From NCBI GenBank assembly GCA_025558095.1, contig JAIVFI010000034.1:1-64000 (forward strand): a stretch of 64,000 nucleotides of DNA, given 5' to 3'. Below are positions 35,225 through 47,654 of the stretch, in pieces (position 1 is the stretch's first letter; each line of letters opens with the position of its first letter). The stretch comes from Hyaloraphidium curvatum SAG 235-1 (Eukaryota; Fungi; Monoblepharomycota). The position numbers and the translations under genes were made by a program. The notes beneath the pieces are model-generated. The model worked only from the letters and a program-made list of their open reading frames with translations. It ran no database searches and had not been told where the DNA came from.

Positions 35225-38200
35225 ATGACATCGCCATCGCGCCCCGTGCCGGAGCTTCCCGGCCCGGCCAACCCCGGTTCGGGCGTGCTCTTCTGCCCCG
35301 CGCCGCTCTTTGCGTCTTCCGTCGGCGGCGTCTCGCCGTGCCTGCTGCAGTGGACGTCGTCGGCATTGTTGCTCCTGCTGGTGCTGGGCGGCGCGTTCGG
35401 ACCGGCCGTCTTCGGCGCGCTGCGGAAGCGGTGGGCGCTGTTCGGACGACGCGGAGCGGGATACGCCCCACTGGGCGACCACGGAGAACCGAGCGCGGTC
35501 GTCGTCGACGGTGCGGACTCGGCGCCAAGTGATGAGCGCACCAACGGCCCGGAATCGCGGGCTGTGGGCGATGTTTGGCCCGTTTCGGACCGACCGGAGG
35601 CCCTTGCCGACTTGGAACGGCCAGCCGCCACTGTGCCTGCCACTCTCGACGAAATCCGCCCCGGGGACGCCGCAGCACCCGGCAAAGGAGCGGGTCGTGG
35701 TGGTGGCGGGGCCGCCCGCGGCAAAGGACACGGAAAGGGTGGGGGTCGCGGCGGTGGTTCAGGCGGCATGGGAGGGAAGGCCGGGAAGGGGAAGTGGGCC
35801 GTGGCGGAAACTTCTTCAGGTCCCGCTCAAGCAGCTGCGAGTACCTTGGACGCGTCGACCCGCGAGGGAGGAATCCCGTTCTCCAATCCGGACCCCGCGG
35901 ACGGAGCCGTTACCGGAGGACCAGACCAGCCGCAAATGGCCTCTCCGATCCCAGGCCGGGGACGCGGTGGGCATGGCGGCGGCGGCGGTCGCGGCAAAGG
36001 CAAAGGCGCGTGGAAGAACGGCCCAAGGAAGCACGGCAAGGACTCTCCGGACCCCCGTTCCCCCATTCCGACACGTTTTCCCCTCCCCCCCGCCCCCGTC
36101 CCCGCCCTCCTCTCCCTCATCGAGAACCTCCTCCTCGCCCTCGCCGCCGCCCACGCCTTCGAGGCCGTGTATGCCGCGCAGCACGCCTTCCTCCCCGACG
36201 CCTCGGACCCCGGCCCGATCCTGCGCTGGGCGCTCAGACCGGCGTGGGCGGTGCTCCCGTGGGCGATGGGGACGACGGGGTGGGGTGGGATGTATTTGCT
36301 TTGGGTGTGGAGGCACGAGGAGGAAGTGCCGGTCGTCAAGGATGGGGTTGTGGAGGTCGAAAGCATGGAGGTGCCGCAGTACGTCGCGCGGTTCAGGCGG
36401 CACGGCCTGCATCTCGCCGCTTTGGGTCTCCTCGTCGTCGAACTGTACCACAGGGTACGTTGGCTCGGCCTGCTGGCCCGGATCGGCACGTCGCCGGGGG
36501 ACTTTGTCGCGTCATTTGGAGCCGGTTTGGCGGTGGCCGCGGGCAAGCTTGGGCTGAACTTTGCCTTCGCTGGCGGACCGGGCCCTGCTTTCCACTTTTC
36601 TGCGGGTGAGGCCCCCGACGGGCTTGCGGGAATGGGCGGCTGGCGCGCCGTCGCGGGCGATGATTGGAGGTCGGTGCCGGTTCCTCCCCTCGGCATCCTG
36701 CGTCTCATCCCCGCCGCCATCCCAGCTTCGTATTCAGCTTCTTCCTCCGCCTCTCCCTCCTCTCCTGCATCCTCCTCCTCGACGCCGCCGTCCTCCTCCT
36801 CTGCCGGCACATCCTCCCCGGCGACCCGGACCCCGAGCTCCCGCCGGACCCCGATGATCTGGACGAGGAGGGCCGTGCGATGCACGGGGTCCGCAAGAAC
36901 ATGGACAGGAGGCCCGAGGGGAGGGAGATGTGGGCCGCGTTCGGGACCGTGCTGTCGTTCGCATGGCCGGCGGGGTGGGGCGGGAGGATGGCGCTGCTGG
37001 GGTGCGTGGGGAGCTTGGTGCTGGGGAGGATCGTCAACGTCCAAGGTAAACGGAAAGTTGTGTCGGGTTCCGTCATTCTGACGTGGCGTTTCTGCCCAGT
37101 GCCGCTCGCATACAAACAGATCGTCGCCGATCTCTCCGATCCGACAAAGACCTCGCTCCCCCTCGGCCCCCTCCTCGTCTTTGCCCTCCTCAAAATCCTC
37201 CAGAACGGCGTCATGGATGCCGTCTCCTCGCTGCTCTGGGTCCCGGTCAGCCAGGGCATAACCAAGGAGGTCTCGGTCCGCCTCTTTGACCACCTCCTCT
37301 CCCTCGGCATGCGCTGGCACCTGAAGCGCAAGCCCGGCGAGATCGGCCGGATCCGCAGCCGCGGCGTGGGCGCGGTGGTCTCGGTGCTGGACACCCTCCT
37401 GCTCCGCGCGGGCCCGATCGTGCTGGATCTCGTGCTGGCCTGCGCCTACTTCTCCGCCATGTTCGACTCGGTGTTTGCCACGATCGTGTTCGGGACCATG
37501 GCGGTCAACCTGTTTGCCTCGTTCAGGATGAGCGGGCTGAGGGTGAGGCACCGCCGCGCGGCAAACCAGCTGGGCAACAAGCTCGCGTCCAAGGCCATCG
37601 ACGTTCTCGGCAACATCGAGACGGTCAAGTACTTTGGCAACGAGAGCCACGAGTCGGCCGAGTATCGCCGGGCTTTCGGGACCTTCCAATCGATGGAGCG
37701 CCGCGCGTCGCTGGCCGACGCGCTGGTCAACGTGGCCCGGGTGGCCCTGGTGCAGGCCGGGATGCTGCTCGGGGCCGTCGAGTGCGCGCGCCGGGTCGTC
37801 GAGTTCCACACGTACGCGGCCTCGGATTTTGTGCTCTACCTGACCTACGTCGGCCAGCTCTACGGGCCCATCAACCAGCTGCAGAGGCATTACCAGACGC
37901 TCAGGCAGTCTGCGATGCAGTTGGGCTCGCTGCTGGAATTGTTGGACGAGGAGCCCGAGGTGCGGGACGCGCCCGGCGCGGCCGAGCTGGATCCGGGCGA
38001 CGGCGGCCTCGAGTTCGACGCGGTGCGGTTCACCCACTTTCCCGACAACCCCAAGCGGCCTGTTGTCGTGGACGGGGTGACCGCGGCCGCGGCCCCCGGG
38101 AGGACGGTCGCGCTGGTCGGCCCGAGCGGGGGCGGCAAGACGACGCTGCTCAAGCTGGCCCTGCGGTTCGTGGACGCCACCGAGGGCACGGTCAGGGTGT

Positions 38201-38865
38201 CTGGCAGGGACGTGCGCGAGGTCACCCAGGCCTCGCTGCGGAGTGCGATCGGGGTCGTGCCGCAGGACGCGGCGCTGTTCAACGCCAGCCTGATGGACAA
38301 CATCCGGTACGGCCGGCTGGACGCGACGGATGCCGAGGTGGAGGAGGCGGCACGTTCGGCGCAGATCCACGACAAGATAACCGGCTTCGAGAAGGGCTAC
38401 GCCACGGTCGTGGGAGAGCGCGGGATGCGCCTCTCGGGGGGCGAGCGGCAGAGGGTCGCGATCGCCCGGGCGATACTTCGGAACCCGAAGGTCCTCCTCC
38501 TGGACGAGGCCACTAGCGCCCTGGACGTGCAGACGGAGAAGGCCATCCAGGAGCAGCTTCACCAGCTCAGCAAGGGCCGCACCACCCTCGTCGTCGCGCA
38601 CCGCCTCTCGACGATCGTGAACGCGGACGAGATCCTGGTCCTGGACGAGGGCCGGATCGCCGAGCGGGGCTCGTTCGAGGAGCTCCTCGCGCTCGGCGGC
38701 CTCTTCAGCAGCATGTGGCAGGCGCAGCTGCGCGATCCGGACGCGGGCAGAGCTCTGGCCAAGGAGGCGAAGGAGCCGGAGAAGCCTCTAAGCCCGGGCT
38801 TCGGGCGTGAGGAGACGGATGGTCTGCAGGTGGACGAGGACATGGGGTGGGCGGACATCGTGTGA
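35225..38865 (+). CDS. ABCB6/HMT1-type heavy-metal-tolerance half ABC transporter
   Basis: N-terminal TM extension, LWVPVSQ..WHLKRKPGE, NIETVKYF, Walker A GPSGGGKT, signature LSGGERQ, Walker B LLLDEATSALD. Confidence 0.88.
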
Positions 38866-39118
38866 TCCGAAGGCGAAAAACAGCAGTCCTGTCCTGTGTT
38901 GATTACCGGCGGCGAACAACGAAACCTAGGCATCCCCCGGGTACGTCTACCGCTGCTTTCCCGCCCGTGAATTCCGTTGGCTAGAGGGCGGATCAGGTCG
39001 ATCGAGTCGAACAGCAACTGGGGATAGACCCGTCGGGTCCAGACCGCTGACGTGAGCACCCGTCGATAGTCCATCTTCCCCCGTAGTCCACCAAGAACCC
39101 CGGCCGCAGCCCGCGGCC

Positions 39119-39964
39119 ATGCGCTCCCACCCCGTCCTCTTCCTGGCCGTTTTGCTGGTCGCCGTTTTTCAGGTCGAAGGGTGGGCGCCTGCCCGGCGGC
39201 GGCGGACGCCGGCCTGACCCCGCCCGCCGCAGCTCGCCGTACGGGTCCCTCGCCGACCCCGTCGAGCCCCGCGCGCCGAGCCGCACCCTCGTCGCGCAGT
39301 GCTCCGAGTGCCCCGACGACATCGACGTGTTCTGCGAGCCGCACGAGGCCGGCGGCGTGGCGTGCGTGCGGTACGGCGACAACATGCGGTCTCTTTACCG
39401 CCGCTACGCGGGCGACTTCGGCGACGCCTGCGACGTCGGCAACACTTGCAAGTGGGCGAATACCACCTGCTCCGGAGGCATCTGCGTGGCGTGCGGAGGC
39501 ACCGGCGAGCCCTGCTGCGCGAGCGACACCTGTTCCGAGTTCAACACCTGCTCGTCGGGTACCTGCGAGTCGTGCGGAGGTGGGTGGGCCGGGCGGTAAC
39601 CTCCCGTCCTTTCTCGTGCTGACGGGTCCCGACCCAGGCCGGGCCCAATCGTGCTGCCCTACGGGGACGAGCTGCCAAGGGACGGACATGTGCTCCTCCG
39701 GCATGGGAAACACCTGCCGCGAATGCGGCTTGCCTGACGAATCCTGCTGTGCCGACAACACGTGCTTGGCCGGAGCGGAGTGCTACATCCGCGTCTGCAA
39801 GTTTTGCGGCCGTGGGTCCTCCGCCGCCCGGTCCGCGGGTCTGTTGCTGACAAGGCCGTCGCCCCCCCTGCGCAGTCATTGGCTATCCTTGCTGCCTGAT
39901 CAAGACGCCGGAGTGTTCGTTCGGGACCTGCAACATCGGCACCCGTAAGTGCGAAAACTCGTAG
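39119..39964 (+). CDS. Secreted LYRRY-module protein with Cys-rich CGGxGEPCC repeats
   Basis: Signal MRSHPVLFLAVLL, QCSECPDDIDVFCEP..ACVRYGDNMRSLYRRY, repeated C..CGG.GE.CC units separated by short introns. Confidence 0.8.
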
Positions 39965-40511
39965 TAGCTTTTCTTCCTGTTGTAATATGGAAAGTGGGCA
40001 CATAAATCATCAAAGGTGCATCTACGTCGGAATCAGTATCATCCATCAGAATCGACCCAAATCGGCAGGAAGAAGTGCAGTCGGAGATGTAGACTCTTTT
40101 CCGCCGGTGACCTTTCGCCAGGGAAGAGGAGTCGAGTTACTGAAAGTGCTGAAGACGTAGCAATGATGTAGGTCGGACTCGTCTCATCCATCAAATTGAC
40201 CAAGTCCACGACGAGCAAGAGTTCGTCATCTGGGCCGGACCTCGCCCACGCGGGATGCCCAAGTGCCCGCTGCCGGCCGCGGCAGTCATGGCATGGACTA
40301 GCCGAGAACGCGATCATGGTCACGAACGGACGCAATTCCTTCGCAACGCGTTTTCATACTGTCGCGCTTGTGCATGTTTGGCCGATCGCCTCCGCCGATC
40401 GCGCGCGAGTTGTTCCGAAGTTGCGCCGTCGGCCACCAACCGAAAGCCGTTCAGGACATTCGTCTCCATTTAGCATCGTCGACGCTGCCAGGCCCTTCGG
40501 CGTTCTCCGAC

Positions 40512-41909
40512 ATGACTCCCCCGCGCGTTTTCGACGCGATTATCATCGGCACCGGCCAGGCGGGCCCCTCGCTCGCCGGCCGCGTGGCTTCGGCCGGCCA
40601 GCGCGTCGCCATCGTCGAGCGCCACGTCGTCGGCGGCACGTGCGTCAACACCGGCTGCATGCCAACCAAGACGCTCGTCGCGAGCGCGTACGCGGCGCAC
40701 ATGGCCCGCCGCGCGGCCGACTTCGGTGTCGTGCTGCAGGGCACCGTCGGCGTGGACATGAAGGCCGTGCACGCGAGGTCGCTCAAAATCACCATGGACG
40801 CGCGCAACGGCAACGAGAATTGGCTCAAGGGCATGCAGAACTGCGAGCTCATCTTCGGACACGCGCGCTTCGAGGGTCCCAAGACCGTGCGCGTCAACGG
40901 GGAGCTGCTGAGCGCCGAGAGGATCTTTGTCAATGTCGGCGGCCGTGCTCTTGTGCCTGACTTTCCAGGCGTTGACTCCGTGCCGTACTGGACCAACTCG
41001 TCGATCCTCGCCTCGGACGCCCTGCCGGAGCACCTAGTCGTTATCGGGGGGAGCTACATCGGACTCGAATTCGCCCAAATCTACCGCCGATTCGGCGCCG
41101 CCGTGACCGTCGTCGAGCGCGGCCCCAGGCTGGCCGGCAAAGAGGACCCCGAGGTGTCGCAGACGATAGAAGAGTTCTTCGAGGCCGAGGGGATCACCAT
41201 CCGCACCCACGCAACCTGCATCCAACTCGCCCGGAACCCGGACGGCAAGATCACCGTCGGCGTCGTCTGCGAGAAGGGAGGCCCCGACGTCGTGGGCACG
41301 CACGTGCTCCTGGCCGTCGGCCGCGTGCCCAACACCGAGGACCTGGGGCTTGACCAGGCCGGCGTCGAAACTGACCACCGCGGCTTCATCAAGGTCGACG
41401 ACTTCCTCGAGACCAACGTGCCCGGCGTCTTCGCCCTGGGCGACTGCAACGGCCGCGGCGCTTTCACCCACACAGCCTACAACGACTTCGAGATCGCCGC
41501 CGACAACCTCCTCGGCACCGCAGGCTCCACCCCGCGCCGGGTCTCGGACCGCATCCTGTGCTACGCTATGTACACGGACCCGCCGCTGGGCCGCGTGGGC
41601 ATGACCGAGACCGAGGCCCGCGCCACGGGGAGGAAGCTCAAGGTGTCGACGCGGCCCATGGCGCGCGTCGGCCGGGCCAAGGAAAAGGCCGAGACGTGGG
41701 GTTTCATGAAGATGGTTGCGGACGCCGAGACGGACGCAATCCTCGGCGCCGCGATCCTGGGGACGAGCGGGGACGAGGCCATCCAGTCGGTGCTGAACGT
41801 GATGGCCAACGGTGGGACGGCGACGAAGATGGCGCGCACGGTGCACATCCATCCGACGGTGGCGGAGCTGTTGCCCACCATCGCGGGGGACCTCAAGCCG
41901 GTGCTCTGA
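40512..41909 (+). CDS. Class I pyridine nucleotide-disulfide oxidoreductase (MerA/Lpd-like, bacterial type), intronless
   Basis: IIGTGQAG, GGTCVNTGCMP redox disulfide, GGSYIGLE, GDCNG, IHPTVAE. No C-terminal Cys-Cys. Confidence 0.92.
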   Translation: MTPPRVFDAIIIGTGQAGPSLAGRVASAGQRVAIVERHVVGGTCVNTGCMPTKTLVASAYAAHMARRAADFGVVLQGTVGVDMKAVHARSLKITMDARNGNENWLKGMQNCELIFGHARFEGPKTVRVNGELLSAERIFVNVGGRALVPDFPGVDSVPYWTNSSILASDALPEHLVVIGGSYIGLEFAQIYRRFGAAVTVVERGPRLAGKEDPEVSQTIEEFFEAEGITIRTHATCIQLARNPDGKITVGVVCEKGGPDVVGTHVLLAVGRVPNTEDLGLDQAGVETDHRGFIKVDDFLETNVPGVFALGDCNGRGAFTHTAYNDFEIAADNLLGTAGSTPRRVSDRILCYAMYTDPPLGRVGMTETEARATGRKLKVSTRPMARVGRAKEKAETWGFMKMVADAETDAILGAAILGTSGDEAIQSVLNVMANGGTATKMARTVHIHPTVAELLPTIAGDLKPVL

Positions 41910-42373
41910 GGACTGGGATCTTGGCGGGAGCCGGGCGGGGCAGGATCAAGTCGAAGGAGATCATTTTCATTTCCAGAGCTTTTTGTTTTGGTGACTGCAA
42001 CTAGAAACATCAAAGCTCCGGACAGAAAGTCTCCACAGTAGCCCGCCCGAACAAACCCACCCCCCCGATGGTGACGGCCGTCGCTGCCAACACCCTCAGG
42101 AACCCGTAGTCAACAATCATCCCGAACAGCGTCGCCCTGAACAGCTTAGGTTTCTCGACAAAGTTCGCAAGCACCCGGGCGGGGCGGTGAAGGGCAACGA
42201 CAGCGAGAGTGTGTGTAATGAGGACAGCGAGAGTGTGGTGGCGTTCTAAGGAGGAGTCCCGTCTCCAAAAAAAACAACCCGACAGCAAAGTACAAACTCC
42301 GTCTGATTCGCAAGCCCAGCTGACCGCGCCGACTGCGAACGCCATTCCATAACATTCTTACCCGTTGGAGACC

Positions 42374-43853
42374 ATGTCCTGGAGCGGCTTCCACGAGGCC
42401 GGCTTCGTGGCCGACGACCGCCACCTCATCGCCGCTGGTGCCGCTTTGGACGCCCTTCTCGCCGCCGCCCGCCGAGTCGAGGCCTCTGCTTCGAAAGACA
42501 CCCGGCAAGAACTCGCCAAGCGCGAGGGAGCCGCTCCGAAAGCCGCGCTGGAGGCGTCCATCTTCCTGTTCAAGGGCTTCCTGCACGAGGAGGCACGAGC
42601 CACGGCGCTGTCCCGCCTTGAAGGCGAACTGCGGGACGAAGACCGCATCGGTTGGGCCTGGCAAGGTTCTTTCTTGGCGTCCAGCAAGCGCGCATTCCAA
42701 TGGGCCAGGCACCGGGGGACGTCAACCACCGCATCATCATGGCCGTCTTCCACCGCGTACTCGCGCTGGGCCGCAGGTTCCTCGGACCTGCGCAAGCGTT
42801 GGAAGTACCCGACCGTGGAGGAGCTGAGGAGGCGTGGCGCCGATATGGGCAGACCGACCCCGTGGGAAGTGCCCCAGGTCGAACCCCTCCTGGATCTCCT
42901 CTGGCTGCCCACCAGATACACCCTGGCGCTCGTCAGGAGCATGGGCTACTCGCGCCCTCTGCGTCGGCGTCTGGCGGAGGATCTCGGTTTCGTCGACGAC
43001 CTCGCGCTCTGCTGCGCCTCCAACGAGCCGACCGTCGTGTGGCAGGGCAATCCCTGGCCATTGCAGGATCCGACCATGCACAGGCAATTTGCACTTGACG
43101 CCACAGCTTTCATGTTCTCAGTGCTGGTGCAGCTCCTGGCCGAACGCCCGGACCCGTGGCGACGTTCCCTATCATGCTCTTTGGTTCCGTGCTGTGGAAC
43201 CCGATGATCAGGGCCAGGGAGCTGATGAAGCTCGTCACGTGGGCCAAACCTCTACGCGTCCGGATCGCGGAGGACGTCGAAACGGTCGAGAACCTCGCTC
43301 TGTGCACGGTATCGAACGTCTCCCTGGTCAGGCTGCGAGCGATCCCGGACTGGTCCCGGACGGCTTCTAAGGAAGATCTCGACGACGCTCTCTACTATAT
43401 CAAGGACTGCATCGGGGATCTCGCCATGCTCGCTTTGGAGCGGCCCAAGCTCTGGCAACGCCGATGCGCCGAGCGAGCCGGGTGCCCCGTGCTCTCGACG
43501 GCGGCAGCGGCGTAGATGCTCGTCAATGCCGTCGCCAGGGAACGGCGTGAGGACGTCAAGGACAACTGGAACTTGCTACTCCGCCACTAGGCCTCCCTCA
43601 AGGAGGCGGTCATGCCAGGAAGCGTCAGGACGCCCACATATCCTGGCTTTCTGATTCGGCGCGACGTCTTCAACAGCGTGACCCAGGAGGCCGATGTCTG
43701 CGATTGCTGCGGTAAGCCGCGAGGAGGCGACGTCAAGCTGATGCGGTGCGGGCGGTGCGGGATCGCGCGTTACTGCGGGGCCGAGTGCCAGCGTGCGGCG
43801 TGGAAGGAGCACAAAAAGGACTGTGTCCAGAGAAGTTCTCCGGTAGAGAAGTG
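42374..43853 (+). pseudogene. MSW-MYND family copy with internal duplication, frameshifts and stops
   Basis: MSWSGFHEAGFVADDRHL. The PLRxRxAED..LAxC..ERP segment occurs twice, TAG at 43513 and 43588, MYND intact. Confidence 0.85.
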
Positions 43854-44017
43854 AATGTATCACATCGATCTCCAAAAGGCCCTCCTTCTTCGGTCGGTCG
43901 GGGAAGCGCACGCAACAATGAGGCGGAGCCCTTGCGCAGCCAGCCCGGCGAAAAGCGCGCGAATCCGGAATCAACCGCCCCGCAACCGCAGGGGCGAAAC
44001 CCGGCCTCGTCCGGCGG

Positions 44018-44076
44018 CCGCCGCTCCCGCAACATGCGTGTCTCCGCCGCTCCCGCAACATGCGTGTCTCCGCCGC
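44018..44076 (+). repeat. 26-bp perfect tandem duplication containing the start codon
   Basis: ccgccgctcccgcaacatgcgtgtct x2 plus a partial third copy. Confidence 0.9.
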
Positions 44077-44598
44077 GGTCCTCCTCGCCCTGCTCGCCGC
44101 GGCCCTCGTGGGGGGCGCGGCCACCGCCCCGGCCCCGCACCTCCGCAGGGTCCGCGGCTGCGCGGAATGCCCCGACTCGCACTACTGGTGGGCCGCGACC
44201 GCCAATGCTGCTCCGGGACGGCTTGCTGACCGTCCGCCGCGTCGGTCGCTTTCCCCGCCGCCCCCATTTCCACCACCAGCGAGTTCCTGGCCGACGGCGT
44301 GACCTGCACCTCGTACGGCGCCGACCGCGGGTCCCTCTACAGGCGGTACGCATCGTCCGACCCCCCTCCGCCTCCCTGCGGCGGGGCAGGAGAGGCGTGC
44401 TGCGCCACCGGCGATCGGTGCGACCCGGGACTCACGGAAAACATCAACCTCACGAGCCCGGTGCCGTGCTCGTGCATGCCTTCTTTCGGGCGGGGGTGGG
44501 GGCATTTCCGGGGTCGGCCTCGGCTGAGCATGCCCGGGAGACGGTGGGCAGCGGCGGGGTCGGGGACGGTGTCGCCGAGCTACGGTATGTCGAATTGA
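44060..44598 (+). CDS. Secreted LYRRY-module protein with short Cys-rich tail (3' end uncertain)
   Basis: Signal MRVSAAVLLALL, intron 44188-44279, spliced CAECPDSHYCEF..TCTSYGADRGSLYRRY..CGGAGEACC. Confidence 0.7.
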
Positions 44599-44867
44599 CT
44601 TCCGGCCCCCATCCTCATTCATCTCCTGCGTCGCTCCATGGCGCAGACCGGTGCCGAAACTGATTCATTATTGCGGCTGACCATCAGCGATCCGGGGCGA
44701 ATGTTGCCGATCTTGGCGTGAACCACCCGGCGGCGAGGGTCCTGACCCACCCGGCGGCAAACGGGCCCAACTGTCCCCCCATTTCGTCGGACATCACTCG
44801 GCGGTCCGGCACCTCGGCGGTCCGGCACCGGGCGAATCGCACCGTCGCCTTGGAACTCTGTCGCAAT

Positions 44868-46440
44868 ATGGCGCCCAACTCTGTCGCCGATCCGGCGCCG
44901 CTGTCGGCCGACTACCTCGTCATCGGCGCCGGCGCACAGGGCCTGGCGTTCCTCGACACGCTGCTGCTCGGCAACCCGTCCGCCACCGCCGTGCTCGTCG
45001 ACCGCTACGAGCGACCGGGAGGCCACTGGACGACGGCGTATCCCTTCGTGCGGCTCCACCAGCCGACGCAGTTCTACGGCGTGGCGTCGGTGCCGATGGG
45101 GTCCGGCCGCGTCGAGGCCAGCGGCGGGAACAAGGGCCTGGCCGAGCTCGCGCCGGCGTCGGAAGTCTGCGTGGGTAACTCTCGCTGCTGCCGACCCGTC
45201 CTCTGCTCACCCTTGAATCGTGGCAGGCCTATTTCAACAACGTGCTGCACGGCAAGCTGCTCCCGACCGGCCGCCTCACCTACCTCCCCCTGCACGACTA
45301 CGACGAGGCCTCCAACTCCGCCGTCTCGCTGCTCTCGGGTGCCCGCACCCCCATCACGGCCAAGAAGATCGTCGACTCGGCCTACTCCCGCGTCGTCGTG
45401 CCGTCGATGCGCCCGCCTCCCTTCCCCGTCGCCCCCGGCACGACCATCGTCGCCGTCAACGGCCTCCCCAAGGCCATCAGGCCCGACGTGCCGCGGTACT
45501 GCGTCCTGGGGAGCGGCAAGACCGGCGTCGACGCCGTCACCTTCCTGATCGAGATGGGCCTCGACCCCGCCCGGATCACCTGGGTGATGCCCCGCGACGT
45601 GTGGCACATCGACCGGGCGTCGATGCAGCCGGGCGGGATATGGCTGCCGCACATGCTCGAGGTTGCGGGCAGGACGGCGGACGCGGTGTCCAAGGCCGAG
45701 AGCATCGTGGACTTCTACCACCGGATGGAGGAGGCGGGCGCCATCATGCGGCCGGACGGGGCAATGGAGCCCGTGTCGGATCACTGCGGCAACATCACCC
45801 GGGCCGACCTGGAGATGATGCGGTCGGTCAAGGACGTGGTGCGGATGGGGAGGGTGACGGCCATCGAGGAGGATGGGATGGTGCTGGAAAAGGGCAAGAG
45901 GGAGATGCCGAAGGGCACGGTCTATGTGGATTGCACGGCCAACGGGCTGGCGAGGCGGCCGCCGGTCAAGGTGTTCCAGGAGGGGCGGATCGTGATCCAG
46001 CCGATCCACTACTGGTAGGCAGCCCGTGCCGTGGCGCCGACGCCGCGCTCACTCATGCATGCCGCCCCCTTCACAGCCAACAGGTCTACTCGGCCGCCGC
46101 CATCGCCCATCTCGAAAACACCTACCCCTCCGACGACGCGCGCAAGAACGCTGCGGCGATGCCGGTCCCGCACCCCGACACCCCCGCCGACGCCGTCAAG
46201 TCGCGCGTGATCGACGCGCGCAACCGCGCCGCGGAGCTGTCGGACCCGCTGCTGCGCAGGTGGCACGACGGGTGCCGGCTCAACTTCTGGTCGTACTTTG
46301 CCCCCGGCATCCTCGACCTGCCGGAGGAGCAGTACGAGGCGGCGTGCAAGGAGAGGGCGGCGGGGCAGCTGGCCGTCGCGGAGGTGCTCGAGGGGCTGCT
46401 GCGGAAGGAGGGGCACAAGCTCTACGATTCCGAGTTCTGA
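44868..46440 (+). CDS. FAD/NAD(P)-binding oxidoreductase (DRxxxPGGHW...YPFVRLHQP family), 2 introns
   Basis: DYLVIGAGAQG, DRYERPGGHWTTAYPFVRLHQP, VLGSGKTG, VDCTANG, QQVYSAA. Confidence 0.85.
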
Positions 46441-46824
46441 GGCGGGCGCTGCGCCGGGTGGTGGCGTGGGCCTTTGATCGACTTCTGCCAACTGGGCTGC
46501 CCGATAGACAGCCGCGCCTTCCGAATGCCGTTTCTCAAGCAGCCGGCCTCGAACCTCCTAGACTTGGAGAGTCCTCCCTGCGTACCGATCAGCACCGCCA
46601 TGCCGCCGTCCGGTCGCGCGGTTCCCGTCTGCGTTGAGGCTGCAGACGAATCGTGGCTCCACGACAATCCAAGGACGCGAAGCCGTTTGTTCTATGGTCT
46701 GTCTGCTGGTCGGACGCGATGCCAAGAACCGCGGGAACTTCGACAAGGGCGTGCCGCAGCGGGTGAATTTGGTGGACCCACGAACCGCCCACGAGTCGGT
46801 CCTTTATCCTTCGCTTCCCCAACC

Positions 46825-47654
46825 ATGAGATCCGGCCTCCCCGTGCTCCTCGCCCTCGCCCTCGCCTTCTCCGGGGCCCTGGCGTGAGTTCCCGCGCGGG
46901 CGGGTGGCGGCGGCGCTGATACCCCGGGCAGGGCGCCGCAGCTGGCCGAGCGCGGCGCCGCGCGCACGCTCGTCGCGCAGTGCTCCGAGTGCCCCGACGA
47001 CATCGACGTGTTCTGCGAGCCGGACGTGGGCGGCCGCGTCGCGTGCGTGCGGTACGCCGACAACCTGCGGTCGCTGTACCGCCGCTACGCGGGCGACGTG
47101 AACGACGTCTGCGGGCCGTCCAACACCTGCAACTCGGCGTCCGCAATCTGCTCGGGGGGCTTCTGCGTCGCTTGCGGGGGCAACGGCGAGCCGTGCTGTG
47201 CCTCGAGCACGTGCTCGACAAACCATTACTGCTACGGGGGCACCCAGTGCAACCCGTGCGGAGGTCGGCCGGCCCGCTCCGCTGACTCCGCCCGGCGCTA
47301 ATCGCCCCCCGCCGCCCCGCGCAGCCCTGGGACAGATCTGCTGCCCGACGCTCGACCCGCTGCTTCGGTGCCACGGCGACGGAGTCGCCTGCAACTGGAA
47401 CAACAACGCTTGCATGGCGTGCGGCACCATCCCCAACGGGCCCTGCTGCTCCGACAACACGTGCTCCTCCATCGGCACGCAGTGCGTGGGGACCGTGTGC
47501 CTGGAGTGCGGCAGTGGGTACCGCTTTCGCCTGCCGCGTGCCGCGTCGCTGACCTCGGGTCCCCGCGACGGCAGGGGTGGGGAAGCCGTGCTGTTCGTCG
47601 GGCAGCCCGTGCCCCACTTCGGGCACCTGCAACGGCTTTGCGCAGTGCGTGTAG
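46825..47654 (+). CDS. Secreted LYRRY-module protein with Cys-rich repeats (close paralogue of the 39119 gene)
   Basis: Signal MRSGLPVLLALAL, RTLVAQCSECPDDIDVFCEP..ACVRYADNLRSLYRRY, CGGNGEPCC repeats. Confidence 0.8.

Noticed and set aside
35225-41909. Mercury/heavy-metal resistance cluster (HMT1 plus merA)
   Set aside because: The oxidoreductase lacks MerA's C-terminal Cys-Cys and NmerA domain, an unrelated gene intervenes, and no other mer genes are present.
42010-42345. Small hydrophobic ORF on the minus strand
   Set aside because: Lower-GC intergenic-like composition and no recognisable motif, so it cannot be supported as a gene.
5774-43590. Alternative genetic code (stop reassignment) explaining the in-frame stops
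   Set aside because: Housekeeping genes here end normally in TGA, TAG and TAA, and the affected genes also carry frameshifts.
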